A stretch of 64,000 nt of DNA from Camelus dromedarius (Eukaryota): positions 37,636,001 to 37,700,000 of the forward strand of contig NC_087436.1 in NCBI RefSeq assembly GCF_036321535.1, read 5' to 3'. The translations under genes and the position numbers were made by a program. Below the pieces are notes generated by a model that saw only the letters and a program-made list of their open reading frames with translations, had not been told where the DNA came from and searched no databases. Of the stretch, positions 13,921 to 25,319 are shown piece by piece; position 1 is the first letter of the stretch, and every line of letters begins with the position of its first letter.

Positions 13921-16900
13921 AACCAAAACAGGTTATTATTTGAAAATATATAGCCTAATATTTTGATAGATACCTAATAAGTTTATGTATCATATCAGAG
14001 GACTTGGCTTTTTTAATCTCTGTCCTCAGAAAAAAAAGCGACATGTAAAATCAATTACATGAGTCCAACACTGAGTTGATCTAGGGTAGTTCCATTTATT
14101 TGCATATGAGGAAAATGAGATCTTCATGCACAAGGCAGGTTCTCAGTAGATGGCCACTGAATGAATAGATGGATGCATTAATTACCAGACAAAGAACGAG
14201 CTAAGTACTTGCCCAAATCACAGCTGGAACCCAGATCTTCCCATTCCAAGTCCAGGCCTCTTTCCATTAGGACATGGGCTTGGGAAAGCAGCCTGGAGAA
14301 AGATGGGTGTATTGCCTAAAGCAATGACAGGTGTACCTGGAAAACTGTAAACATTCTGGCTCTAACTTTGCTGAGGCAAAATCATGACACGCATGGTGAA
14401 GAACCATAATTATCTTTCTTCTTAGAAAGCTTATTACTTTGTGTTTTGGGGTTTTTTTTGTTTTTGTGTTTGTGTTTTGCTTTCTGAAGCATACAAAGCA
14501 ATGCTTAAAAATTAATTTTAAACACACAAGACACAAAACAGTGCCCGATAATCAGATGTTCTACTCTGGAGCCTGCTGCTGTCAGAAGCAGCCCAGTGAC
14601 CACATACCATCTTGCATGGAATGGCCTCATGGCTTCTGTGGTGTCCTCCTGTGGTCCTTCCAAGCACTAAATAAAGCATCAGCATGGCTACCCAATTGTT
14701 CCCTTTTGTGGAACATTTGATTAGCACGTTTTCTGGACTTTCCTCACACACCAAAACTTCTTTTCTTGCCCCCTACTCACCCAGGCTCGTCAGAAGCATC
14801 CACTGACGTAGCTTAGAGTCCATTCATAAATTAACCATAATTATTGCAGCCACCAAATTTCCCCCTTGACCTTCAACTCCTACTCTCTTCCCCAACACAC
14901 AGTTCTGCTTTTACTAATATTCAGAGCCTCTTACCAAAAAGTGACCTTTACTTTCACTCTCACCTAGCAGATCCAAAGAACCAGTTTCACTTTGTAATAC
15001 TTCCCTCAGGGTTTAGTTCCATGTAAGGTACATTATTTTCCAGTACAGTTCTGGTTTTTTGTCTTAATAGAGCCTAAGCAAGGGACTTGAAATGGCCAGC
15101 CAGTCTAGGGGTTGGTTTCAGAAATCTGCTGGATGCAAAGAAACAAAAAGCTGAGGGAACAAAAACAAAAGCAAACAAAATCTGTCGTGGAAAAGATAAC
15201 CAACATGCCTACTTGCTGGTAGCAGTTCCTTGATCATTAAATCAGCCACAAAGTAAGAGGCAGCCCCAGTTCTGTTTGAACTGGATTGTTTGGTCAGAGG
15301 AAAAGGATGTTTTCTCATCGGCAGTCGGTTGGTGGTTACCTCCAGTACCAGGGGAGCTGGGACCCTGTGGGTCAGGACGTGTGTGCTCAGGGGTCCCTCT
15401 GTGCATCCAGAGACTGCTGGGGACCCAACAGCTGCCAACTGCCACAACTTTGTGTAAAGTTGAAAAATGTTGCTCAGAAGTGTGGAAACCCCCCTGAGAC
15501 TGGCAAGTTCTAACTAGGTATAGTTTTGAGAAATTGAGTCTAAATAAAGATGATGGAGGCCCCTCCTATAAGAGTTTTGAGAAATCTTGAACTCTAAAAT
15601 GTCCTCTTCTTAATTTAAGACTAAGTAAAGGGAGTTTTGTCATTTTTATAGTATCCTCTTCATAAAACCCTTTCTGCAGTTGTCCCAGTACTCCCAGGTG
15701 TGGGGGTGTCACCTATTGGGGTGAGAACAAAGGCCGGAGGAAGTCCCTGTAGTGTGTCTACATCCATTTGGGGTCTGAGAAGACAATGACTCAGAGCGGT
15801 TGCAGTGTCTCCACATCCCAACAGAAGGAAAGCCAAACGCCACCCCAGCATTGACAGGTACGGGCTTTGCCTCTGACGGTGGGTTTTGTAGAGGGGACAC
15901 ATTTCCTGGGGCACTGCCAGCCCATGGAGTGCCTTTGTGTCACTGAGAACCAGGTGCTCCTTCTGCTGGTGGATGCGGCCCCGCACAAGAGCTCCTGGCC
16001 TGGCAAGAGGAGAACTGGAGAGACCCCAGCCTTCCCCTGCACCAGCCAGCGGCTCTCACACAGCAGCCTTGTCAGCTACTCTGACAAGTCACCTGCTCTA
16101 ATGAGTAACCCTCCTTAGCATCCTTTCTTATCTGAGGGTACCCAAGGGATGCTTCAATGCCAGGCACTGTGAATTGGGGTTTACATGATCCATTTTCTCT
16201 TCGCCAGGACATTGGTCCCTAGCCATGGCAGCATGATACACACAATCAGTTCCAGCTCAGTGCAGGGGAATTTGGAAGATTAAAATCAGTTCAGTTATTA
16301 GTTTAGTCTCACATCTCTCAGTCTGTCTGTCATGGGTTGAAATCTTCAATCAATGGTTCGCAGTTGCCACTTTCTTTTCAGATCCATTGACCCCACCTCA
16401 TGGCCAGGACTCATGGAGGCCTTGTTTTCCCTGCCCTCTTCCCTCTGCCAGGCTGGGGTATTTCCAAACTAGACTCTTTTCTGTGGGCCCCATGCCAGAC
16501 TTCCTTTGCTTTTAAATGAAAACTGCTGTCAAAGTAACAATGAACTTCTCTGATGTGTCTTTCAGCTCAGTACCCAATCAATCTTACAAATATTTTACTA
16601 AACTCTTCCTGGCTCTTGGATTCATCCCTTCCTGGGTCCCTGAGGTTGTGCCCTCACCCCAACCCCCCCAATATCTTTGAACACTTCCCAGGTTTCCTTT
16701 TCTCTGGGTTCTCTCAGATTTTCTTATTTTTTGATCTTGGGGCTTTAAACTATCTCTTCTCTCTTGTCCTTTGCACAGTGCTCTCAACTGGGCCTGCCGC
16801 ATTGCAACTGGGTTCTCTCAAGAGTTTGATTTGTTTTGTCTTCCAGGTTCGCTAAACTTCCTCCTAATTTTTTTTTGAACAACTTTGTATCTCTAGCCAT

Positions 16901-19244
16901 CATAGAAGATCTGTCTATACCCTTTTCGAAATAGCTCTTTAAAAATATTACATGTTAAAGGTGATCTCTTGCTTAGTACACTCCATCGTTCTTCTTTCTT
17001 TTATCTTTTTAGCATAACTACCTCAGAACTGTGCGAGTATTTTATGAGAGAAAACTGTAGGGTCACAGGGCCGACCATAGTCACTTTGTGGTGGGGGAGT
17101 TGTTCTCCTAACATAGTGCATGATTTTGTTAACACGCTCTTTGAACCTACTCACATTTTCCAAATAGATTATACTAAACTCCTAATTGCCTTAAGGCAAT
17201 TAATCTTCTTGATCAGTAGAGCGGCCCTCACTAGATCTTCTGAATCATGTTTATTAACGAACTTGACGGCAAATTCATCGTAAGTTTCTTCAGAGGCAGG
17301 AAAACGTTACAGTTGTTTTTAAGAAATCCTGGAATGTAAGTGCCAACAGCAAAGGGAGGTTTTTTTCCTTCTTCTTCTTTTTTGTTTATTGATATAATGT
17401 GCTGACCATCAGAAAGACTGTCTGGCACATAATAGGGGTTCACTAGTTATTTGCTGAATGGATAAATGATAAACTCCAGTCACTTTTTGTTTTGCTTTTT
17501 TACCTCTGTAGCGCTGTGAGGATGAGTTCATAAGTAAACAGTCTGCCATGCCGTGTCAACCTCTTTGTAACTGAACATTTAGGCCACGGATATCAGACTC
17601 ATATGTTTGGGGTTATTTCTTTCTCCAAATGCTATTCTCTACAACGGAGGTCGTATACTATTTTTCAGCCTATTCCCATAAGTGTGTGCACCATTCCTGT
17701 AGTTTATTTAGTATTTTGGTTTGAAAAGGCTTTTAAAATGTCATTGTTATGGTTTACCTTTTCTTTCCCGTAGTTTACAAAAAAAAAAAAGAAAAAGAAA
17801 AAGAAAGAAATCTTTCCTAGCCCAGATCCCTAAGAGGGACCAAATATTTATGCTCACCCAAAAATATGTCTTTTACCTACACCCTTCTGTTCTTTTCTGG
17901 AATCCAGTTTTTAAGACATGATTAGACATTTCTGTATTTACTCAACTTTAAAACTGCCTTTGCCTATAATCTTAGTGAAGAGTTTTTAATGTATGTATTT
18001 AATCAAACAAGCAACATTTGTCCTCACAGAAACCTTTATTTCCACAGCTTAAACTACTCTCATATTAGTAAATCTATATCATAAATTCCACTTCTCACTG
18101 ATAAAGTCTTTAACTTTCTTATAATGCTATTCTTGTTAATTAAAATAGTATTAGCAATCCTTGTTTCTCTGGTGGCTTACGTATTTTGAAGAAAATTCCT
18201 AAATTTGCCCTCAAATTCCTTTCAAGTTCTTGGGTGAATCCCAATATTTTGTTTATGTTTAGCTTTATAGCTAGGCTAGAATAGATCATATGTGTACTTA
18301 AGCTTAGACCTAGATGTAAGGGACACTCAGAATCTTTAACAGTAAAGTCAAAAATCAAATTTCTTAACCCTGAACAGCCATCTACTTGGTGAGTGCAACT
18401 CTGACATTGTCCTGGTAGCCCCATTGCTTTCTAACTGGTGTTTGCCTATCTTTGATGTACTTGACTACATTGTACTTTATTGAAATCCATTAAGCCTAAT
18501 GCTTTGAGCCAAATCTGTTCATGTTTGTTCTTGAATGTTTTAATTTGAATTCCCTTGGATCTCTTTACTAAAGGAAAGTCCTTTAATAGTCTGATGATAT
18601 ATTAATCAGAAAAAGTACAATATAATACTTTTATATACCCCAATCCCAATTGACAAAAATATATATATGCATATGAAGAAAAAGGGTACATGTACCATGG
18701 TTTTACTCTAAATTTTCTATATCAAAGTTGGATTACTATTATAATAATTATTATGAAAATCTTTATTACAGAAGATTAGAATATTTGTTTTCCCTATTTA
18801 TTTATTCAGCATTTGTTGAGACTTGATGTTGCTAGATATGCACACTTTTATTTGGTGTGAGCCTATGTTTTTAAGCAACTACTAATTTTTTGCATCTGCA
18901 AAACTAAATACTCTTCCCTGGGTATTCTGTAAATTCATTTTTGTAAAATAAGCCTGACCAATTCTTTGGTTTTCCAGATCTGACTGAAATTCTGACTCTA
19001 ATTGTGTTATGATCTTCATTTCACAGTCAACCACATACAATCTCTTCCTGTTCCAGTTCCTAATTTATAGCTCTAAAAATACAAACATTGTACATGCCTT
19101 TTCTTTTCTTACAGTGTTTAAAAAAAAAACTGTTATAGAAAAAAGAACTGTTCATGAAAAGATCTGTCTCTACCAGTATCTCTAGCTGATCTGTTCTAAT
19201 TCTTTACCTTTGGCAATCTATACAAAATCCCTGCTCAATGAAAC

Positions 19245-19415
19245 GCAGTGGTTAAGAAGAGCTCATCTTGGGCAAGTTACTACATGCCTTTGAACCTCGC
19301 TTCCTCAGCTGCAATAGAGGGAGAGCAGTTCCTACCACATGGGGGCGCTCTGTGGTTCGCATGGGAGAAAGCACAGACTGTGCTTGGTGCGGTGCCTGGC
19401 TCAGTAGACGCTGCC
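19245..19415 (+). mobile_element. MIR SINE, unusually GC-rich copy
   Basis: gcagtggttaaga...cttgggcaagttact...cttcctcagctgcaa...gtgcctggctcagtag. Confidence 0.7.
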
Positions 19416-20915
19416 CCATCACTGTGACCCGCCCGGCCAGGGGGACTGTGTGTTGGTACATATTTCAACAAGCGTCAGCTGAGTAAGGGTGAATCTCACC
19501 TTTTTAGCAGAATGCTAGTTTCCCATCCACTCTGTCATCACTTAATAAAAACAATGTCACCTCACCCACCTGCTGGTCCTTGTGTTTTACTACAGAACGC
19601 TACCTGGCCTGTTTTTTCACTTGATCTCAGTAATGCCAGTTTTATATGAGATTCAGTTTTGCTGCCAAGTATTCTAACTTACCCAGTTTTAAGAATTCCT
19701 CCTCTAGTCTTTGTATAGTTGCATTTATACAAGTACATGAGCTTTTATGTCAATCTTGTAAAGATGTATGAAGAACAAAAAACAATTTTATACCAAATAA
19801 CTGTTTCATTTTACTGGTTTCTCATATAATCATGACCTTTGATAATTTGAATCTGAATTCAATGAGTTGATATTTTATAACAAACAAAGAGAAGCCAGTG
19901 TACTTTTTTCCATTTCACTCAAAAATAAATGACCCCATTCTCTATACTCAGACAAGGTCAGCCAATATTTTGTATTATAGCTTTTGTTTCTTAAATTAAT
20001 AAATATCCGTTTTAAATCCCTGTGATGTTCTCTGATGCCAAAGTTTGTATCATTGTGTGTAAAAAAGTAATTAATGAAAGAAAAAAACCCTTTTATGTAC
20101 ATTACTTTCATTTGGAATCACATGAAAAATCATGAGGACACAGGCTTTTGAAGGTTAATGAGCTTTATACAGAGAAATTTTAAAGAAATATTTGTTGAAT
20201 TAAATGAGAAAAAAATATTTCTGAGTTTTGGGAGTTTTTTTCTGTTGTGAATGGGTTTTAGCACTAACTCACATTTCCAAAGGTGGACATATCTAATCTG
20301 GAATTATAGCAGAGAATTTCAGCAGACCCTACATGTTTATTATGAGAAGTCTACAGGGAGGTGAGATGCCAGACATTTCAAAGCAAAGATGAAGATATTC
20401 AAGGTTTGAGGTTTTGTTTGTTTATTTTGCTTTTTTTTTTTTTTTTCTATCTGGGCTTTAAAATTATGGCAGAAATAGCTCATTTCAGTTTTGGAATCCT
20501 TGGGCTAGAATAGACTATCAAAGTATTTGATTCACAGAAAAGCTCTTCTGCCATATTCCTTTAGAAAAGTGGAACAAAACACTAAATTATCTTTGCTTTG
20601 TTTTGGTTTGCACTAATTTCACAAATCTCAAAGAAGATTTACTGGCCTGCATCTTAGTTTCTGCTACATAATGAAATGCTGATTTCATTTTTATAAGATG
20701 GTTTCTACATTGAGCATAGTAATTTAAGTGTCAAATCAGATTTTATTTTTTTAGGTTTAATATTTATGTACATTTTAATTTTAAAATAATTTCAAATTTC
20801 CAGGTTCTTTTTTTTTTTCCCTGAGCCATTCAGAAATAAATTACCACTGGATTACTTAGTGTACATTTCCTACAACCAAGGACATTCTCCTGTGTAACCA
20901 CAAGATAAGCATCTA

Positions 20916-21416
20916 TCAGGAAGAAAAAAATTTTTCCTCTACCCTCTTAGGTTCAGTGTCAGAGGGGCTAAGAATTTAACAGATTGACAAGAGAAAAGGA
21001 ATATACATTTATTAATATTTTTAATTTGCATAGGACTTCACAGAAAATAAATGAAATTCAGAGAGGGAGTTAGACTTAAGAGCTTTGATACCCTTCTTAA
21101 TAAAGGAAAGAGAGTTTGGGCTTGAGGGGACAATAAGCTGTAGTGAAGTTACTGAGAGATATATGGGCCAGTTTAGTGAGGTTTCTTTACACAGACTCAT
21201 GTTGGTGCCAGCTCGTCATCTCCAGTCTGGGTCTTTCTTCTCATCCTGGTACAGGAAAGGAGCAAAATTTATGCCATATTCACAAAAGGAAATATGTGCC
21301 TAGGGAGATCAGGGGAGAGCAGATACCTTTTCCTGAACTTGTTAATTCTTAATTGCCTTCAGCTCAAAATAATCCTTCTGTCAAAGTGGCATATTTGAGA
21401 GTGACATATTCTGATC
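20916..21416 (-). mobile_element. ERV1 solo LTR, MER34-like, inserted in an L1MC/MD 3' end
   Basis: The - strand begins tcagaatatgtcactctcaaatatgccactttgacagaaggattattttgagctgaaggcaatt, like the MER34A 5' end. Confidence 0.7.
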
Positions 21417-22260
21417 AAAATCAAAAATGAACATTGTTACAACACTTCCATCGAATCCTCCAACCCGTTCACTCTTTTTGCGTATTTTCCTGTTCATGTC
21501 CTTCATAGAAAAAGAAAGATCCAATGCAGGATCATAGTTTGCCTATAGTTTTCACGATTTTTAGCCTCTTTCAGTCTGGGACAGTTCCCCAGTCTTCGCT
21601 TGACTTTCATGACCTGACACTTAAGAAGACTATAGGCTTGATGTTTAACAGAATGTGTCTCAGTTTGCTTTTGTCTAATGTTTTCCCCATAATTAGATTC
21701 AGATCATACATTTTTAGCAAGAATACTACAGATGTGAAGCTATATTTTTAATGCATCTTATCAGATGATCACTTTGGATTTTTCTCATTATAGGTGATTT
21801 TAATCTTGATCATTTGAGTAAAGTGGTGTGTGCCAAGATTCTCCAGTGTAAAGTAACTCTTTAGGGTTTCCTTTAGTATCACTAAGTATTGGAGGAGGGA
21901 GAGCCTGTGAGATTATGTAAATATCCCATTCCTCATCAAAAATTCAGCCATGAGCTTTAGCATCCATTGAAATTTGCTATTTAAATGCTTAATATGATGA
22001 CTACCAAATAGTGGTTTTCTGATACCATAATTTCTTCTACATTTATTAGTAGGTATTCCAATGTAATAAAAAGATTTCTTCTGTCCCCATCTGTTTCTTT
22101 TTAAATGTTATATATATATAAATGAACGAATCCTATTTTATTTAGTTAATGAGTTATAATGTATTCTTATCATTAATTATTTTGATGCTGAAATTGTCCC
22201 ATATTTAACTAGTTCTTAAAGTACTTCCTAATTTCTGGAACAAAAAAGAAATTCTAGGCT
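21417..22260 (-). mobile_element. L1MC/MD 3' end fragment (continues from 20820-20915)
   Basis: gatccaatgcaggatcat...ttgatcatttgagtaaagtggtgtgtgccaagattctccagtgtaaagtaact. Confidence 0.65.
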
Positions 22261-22615
22261 CAGCAATTTCACATCCACTTGAACACTGGGAAATAAAAAA
22301 AAGAAAGAAATGAATATAAACTGCTACAACCTTTAATGAAATTAACTTACCACTGTGGGAGGAAAGCTATTTCAATTAAGCCTATTACATAAATGTAAAG
22401 CGATGACTACAAAAATCCAAAAATAAACTTTATTGAAAAGGAAGTATGTTTTATTAAAAGTTTAAAATTCAGTGAAAAACAAAAGAAATGAGCTAAAATT
22501 ATTACAAATGTTCGCACCACACATTCCCCTCTTTTTCTCCTGAGCTGAAAACGATGAAAACCTTAACAGAAAATGTGAACATAAGAAACTAGTTTCTACC
22601 TGAACTGAATGCAGA

Positions 22616-22630
22616 GCGCCCTCTAGAGGC
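22616..22630 (-). promoter_or_regulatory. CTCF motif candidate
   Basis: + strand GCGCCCTCTAGAGG reads CCTCTAGAGGGCGC on the - strand, one mismatch from the core CCACTAGAGGGCGC. It is an isolated GC-rich word in AT-rich DNA. Confidence 0.6.
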
Positions 22631-23812
22631 ATCATTCAATCAATGCAATATTTTCAACTGCAAATGAACCTGTTTATACCTTTGTAAAACGTTTTCAGAA
22701 GCAGTTCTCATTAAATACGTAGGTTTACTCTACACATACTAATAACTGATCATGATTTGACTTAGCATGTTATGAACCACCTCTAACAAAACGAATGCAA
22801 GAGATTCAACAAAAAGTGGCTCCCACTTTATCAGCTAGGCGGAAGAATTGGGACGTGTGATTGCAAGATAAGAAATGAAATCAAATTGTCGTGTCAGTTT
22901 GTGACCCTTGGTAAAGCTGTTATGAAATATTCCAAATATTTCACACAGAAGAAATGTCTCCATAGTTTATTCCATTATTTCCTCACCATCCATAGACGAG
23001 TCAGGTGTAGATTCTGCTCGGAAACTGCCTCATTGTCATCCTCCACCTGGCAGCTGCAAACTCCAAAACTGCGGACGAATTAAAAAAAGAACTGTGATTA
23101 ATCACATGTTAAAATGAAACTTCAAGACAGATATGAAAAACTCACGCTTAAACTGATATAGTTCAAATAAATATTATTTAATGATCAAATAAATAGAAAG
23201 GTAAACTATTTCTACTTAAAATTTTTTATACAGCTCTCAAGTATATGATGTCTAAATTATTTAATGCTTCAGATATAGTTATTAAAATATCTCTTTCTCA
23301 CCATTTTTGCAATGATTTAAAATAATTTGCATAACATTATTTTACCCATGGCTGGCCTTAAAAAACAAGTCCTTTCAAATATTTGTCCCAATGAAATTCA
23401 GCTTTAACAATATTGATTTGAGAGAATAGTTTTAAGATAATATTGTTTTGTTATCTGATGATAATTTTTACCCAAATACATAGTCAATAGCATAAATAAA
23501 TAGCATAATAAATAGCATAAATAGCAATGAGATACTAGGGAAAATATTATAATTATTAGATATGACTCAAAATGCAGTCTTCCAACCTTCCCAGAGAATG
23601 TCACAACTTGATATTGAGTAAAGTAGAGATTTGAGAGATTATACATTTTGATAAATTAAAGGAAAACTGCAGATGACACCAAAATGACCAAAATGTGGTT
23701 ATATAAGATGAATATACCAGATCTAACTTACCTACTTTGCTTTTTCAAAAGAGACACAACTGTAAAAGATATAATTTAATGATCCTGTTGAAATGCTTAT
23801 TTCCAAGAACAG

Positions 23813-24290
23813 TGTAGGGGAGAGAAATTCTTGGCTGGGGCTCTGTAACAAAAGATAGCTTAAGGGAAAAAGCACACAAACTTAAGTTTTCTGTGACATG
23901 GGAACCCTCTTAAGGAAATGAAGATTCAAAGAATTGGCAAAATTGGTATATTTAGTATAAATGCTTTTATACTAAACTGAACAAAGAGAGACAATTATGG
24001 AAAAATAACTGAAATGTATGGTGAGGCTAAAGGGAGATAAATTTTAACAAGGTCTGTTTATACAGATTTGTCTTGGCCTTAATTTCCCGTCCTTGATGAT
24101 AAGAATGTTTCTTTCTTCCTGGTATAAGGAGAGCATTTTTCACAAGGGACTTTAATCTCCTGTTTTCAGGAAGAAAAAGGGGAGATCAGAATGCTTTTCT
24201 TTTATCTGCTGTTTTTTGAGTGTATTTTGCTCAAAATAATCCTTATGCTGCAGTAGCATGTTTCAGGGCAGGATACTCTGCCATTGTTCA
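23813..24290 (-). mobile_element. ERV1 solo LTR, MER34-like
   Basis: TG...CA ends. ctcaaaataatcctt...gcat end motif is shared with the 20916-21416 element. Confidence 0.65.
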
Positions 24291-25211
24291 GCATTCACAA
24301 TTAAATATCTAATTTTGCTCTGCATGGATAGCTACTTTAATTTTGATTTCCATAACTCAGTACGAGCATATTTACCCTGGAGAACCATGTGCAAAAGCAT
24401 TAACAAATTTTAGAATAAGTGCCAATGCTTTCCTGACCTAAAAATAGAGGTTTAACTTGTTCATGATGCTGGTTGGAAGTTATGTTTCCTATCACCTGAA
24501 TCCTTAAGATTATTGACTTTTTATAGTCTTTGCTTCTTCAAAAGAATGAAATTTTAAACAAGTGAGAAACAACCTTGATGACAGAATGCCATATTAACAC
24601 AATAATAATAACACAAACACCAAGGAATCTACCTCTATTGACCCATAAAGCTACCAAACTCTGTCTTCCTGTATTCTTGTCAGTGGGTGCATTTTGTGGC
24701 GTTTTCAACTCTGTAATAAATAGCAGGGAAAGTAGCAATTTTGGCATGACTTTGTTTTTCTGCTGTTCCTCTTCGAGGGACCCTGCTTCCCAGAGAAAAG
24801 AAACTCACACCCCAGCAAACCTTGGTCTTTTAGGTTCAGCCTACGCATCAGATCTAATGTGTAAAAATGGTGTTATTCTTCTCTTAATAAAATCTCACGG
24901 AGCTTGTTAGGAGACGGGAGAATCATGCTGACTACTTGCCTTTGGATAAGATTTTATTCCTTATTTATGTTTCCTCTCAAGTAGCAACCTGACCATAGGT
25001 TTATTTCCCGGGAATTGGAAAGGGCTCCTCCACTCCGAAATCCCTCCTGCTGATGCGGGAAAGTCTATAGCTTGTGACAGAAAAGTGTGTCCCAGGTCAC
25101 AGTCTTCACTGTGAGGCCTTGGTCAGCTCCTTTTCCTGGGGCAGATGCGCTGAGAAGAGGAGGGAAGAAATCACGTGGATCCCAAGGAGAGCCTAGATGG
25201 GACTTTTCAGG

Positions 25212-25319
25212 TTTTTTTGTTTTTGTTTTTTTTTTTTTTGGAGGTACTGGGGATTGAACCTAGGATCTCAGGCATGCTAACTAAGCACGCGCTCTACCAC
25301 TGAGCTATGACCTCCCCCC
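25212..25319 (-). mobile_element. tRNA-derived SINE (camelid Vic-1-like)
   Basis: The - strand reads GGGGGGAGGTCATAGCTCAGTGGTAGAGCGCGTGCTTAG...GGTTCAATCCCCAGTACCTCC plus an A tail. A and B boxes present; approximate TSD tgggactttt at 25198-25207 and 25326-25335. Confidence 0.8.

Noticed and set aside
23488..23528. Short atagcataa(at) repeats
   Set aside because: Low-complexity minisatellite with no spacer structure. Not CRISPR-like, and the DNA is eukaryotic.
20916..24290. Two same-orientation MER34-like LTRs as a possible provirus
   Set aside because: The LTRs are quite divergent from each other, the first interrupts an L1 that continues on both sides, and no gag/pol sequence lies between them.
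25240..25319. tRNA-like sequence (also 36685-36751)
   Set aside because: A-rich tail, TSDs and a disrupted anticodon arm indicate SINE copies, not tRNA genes.
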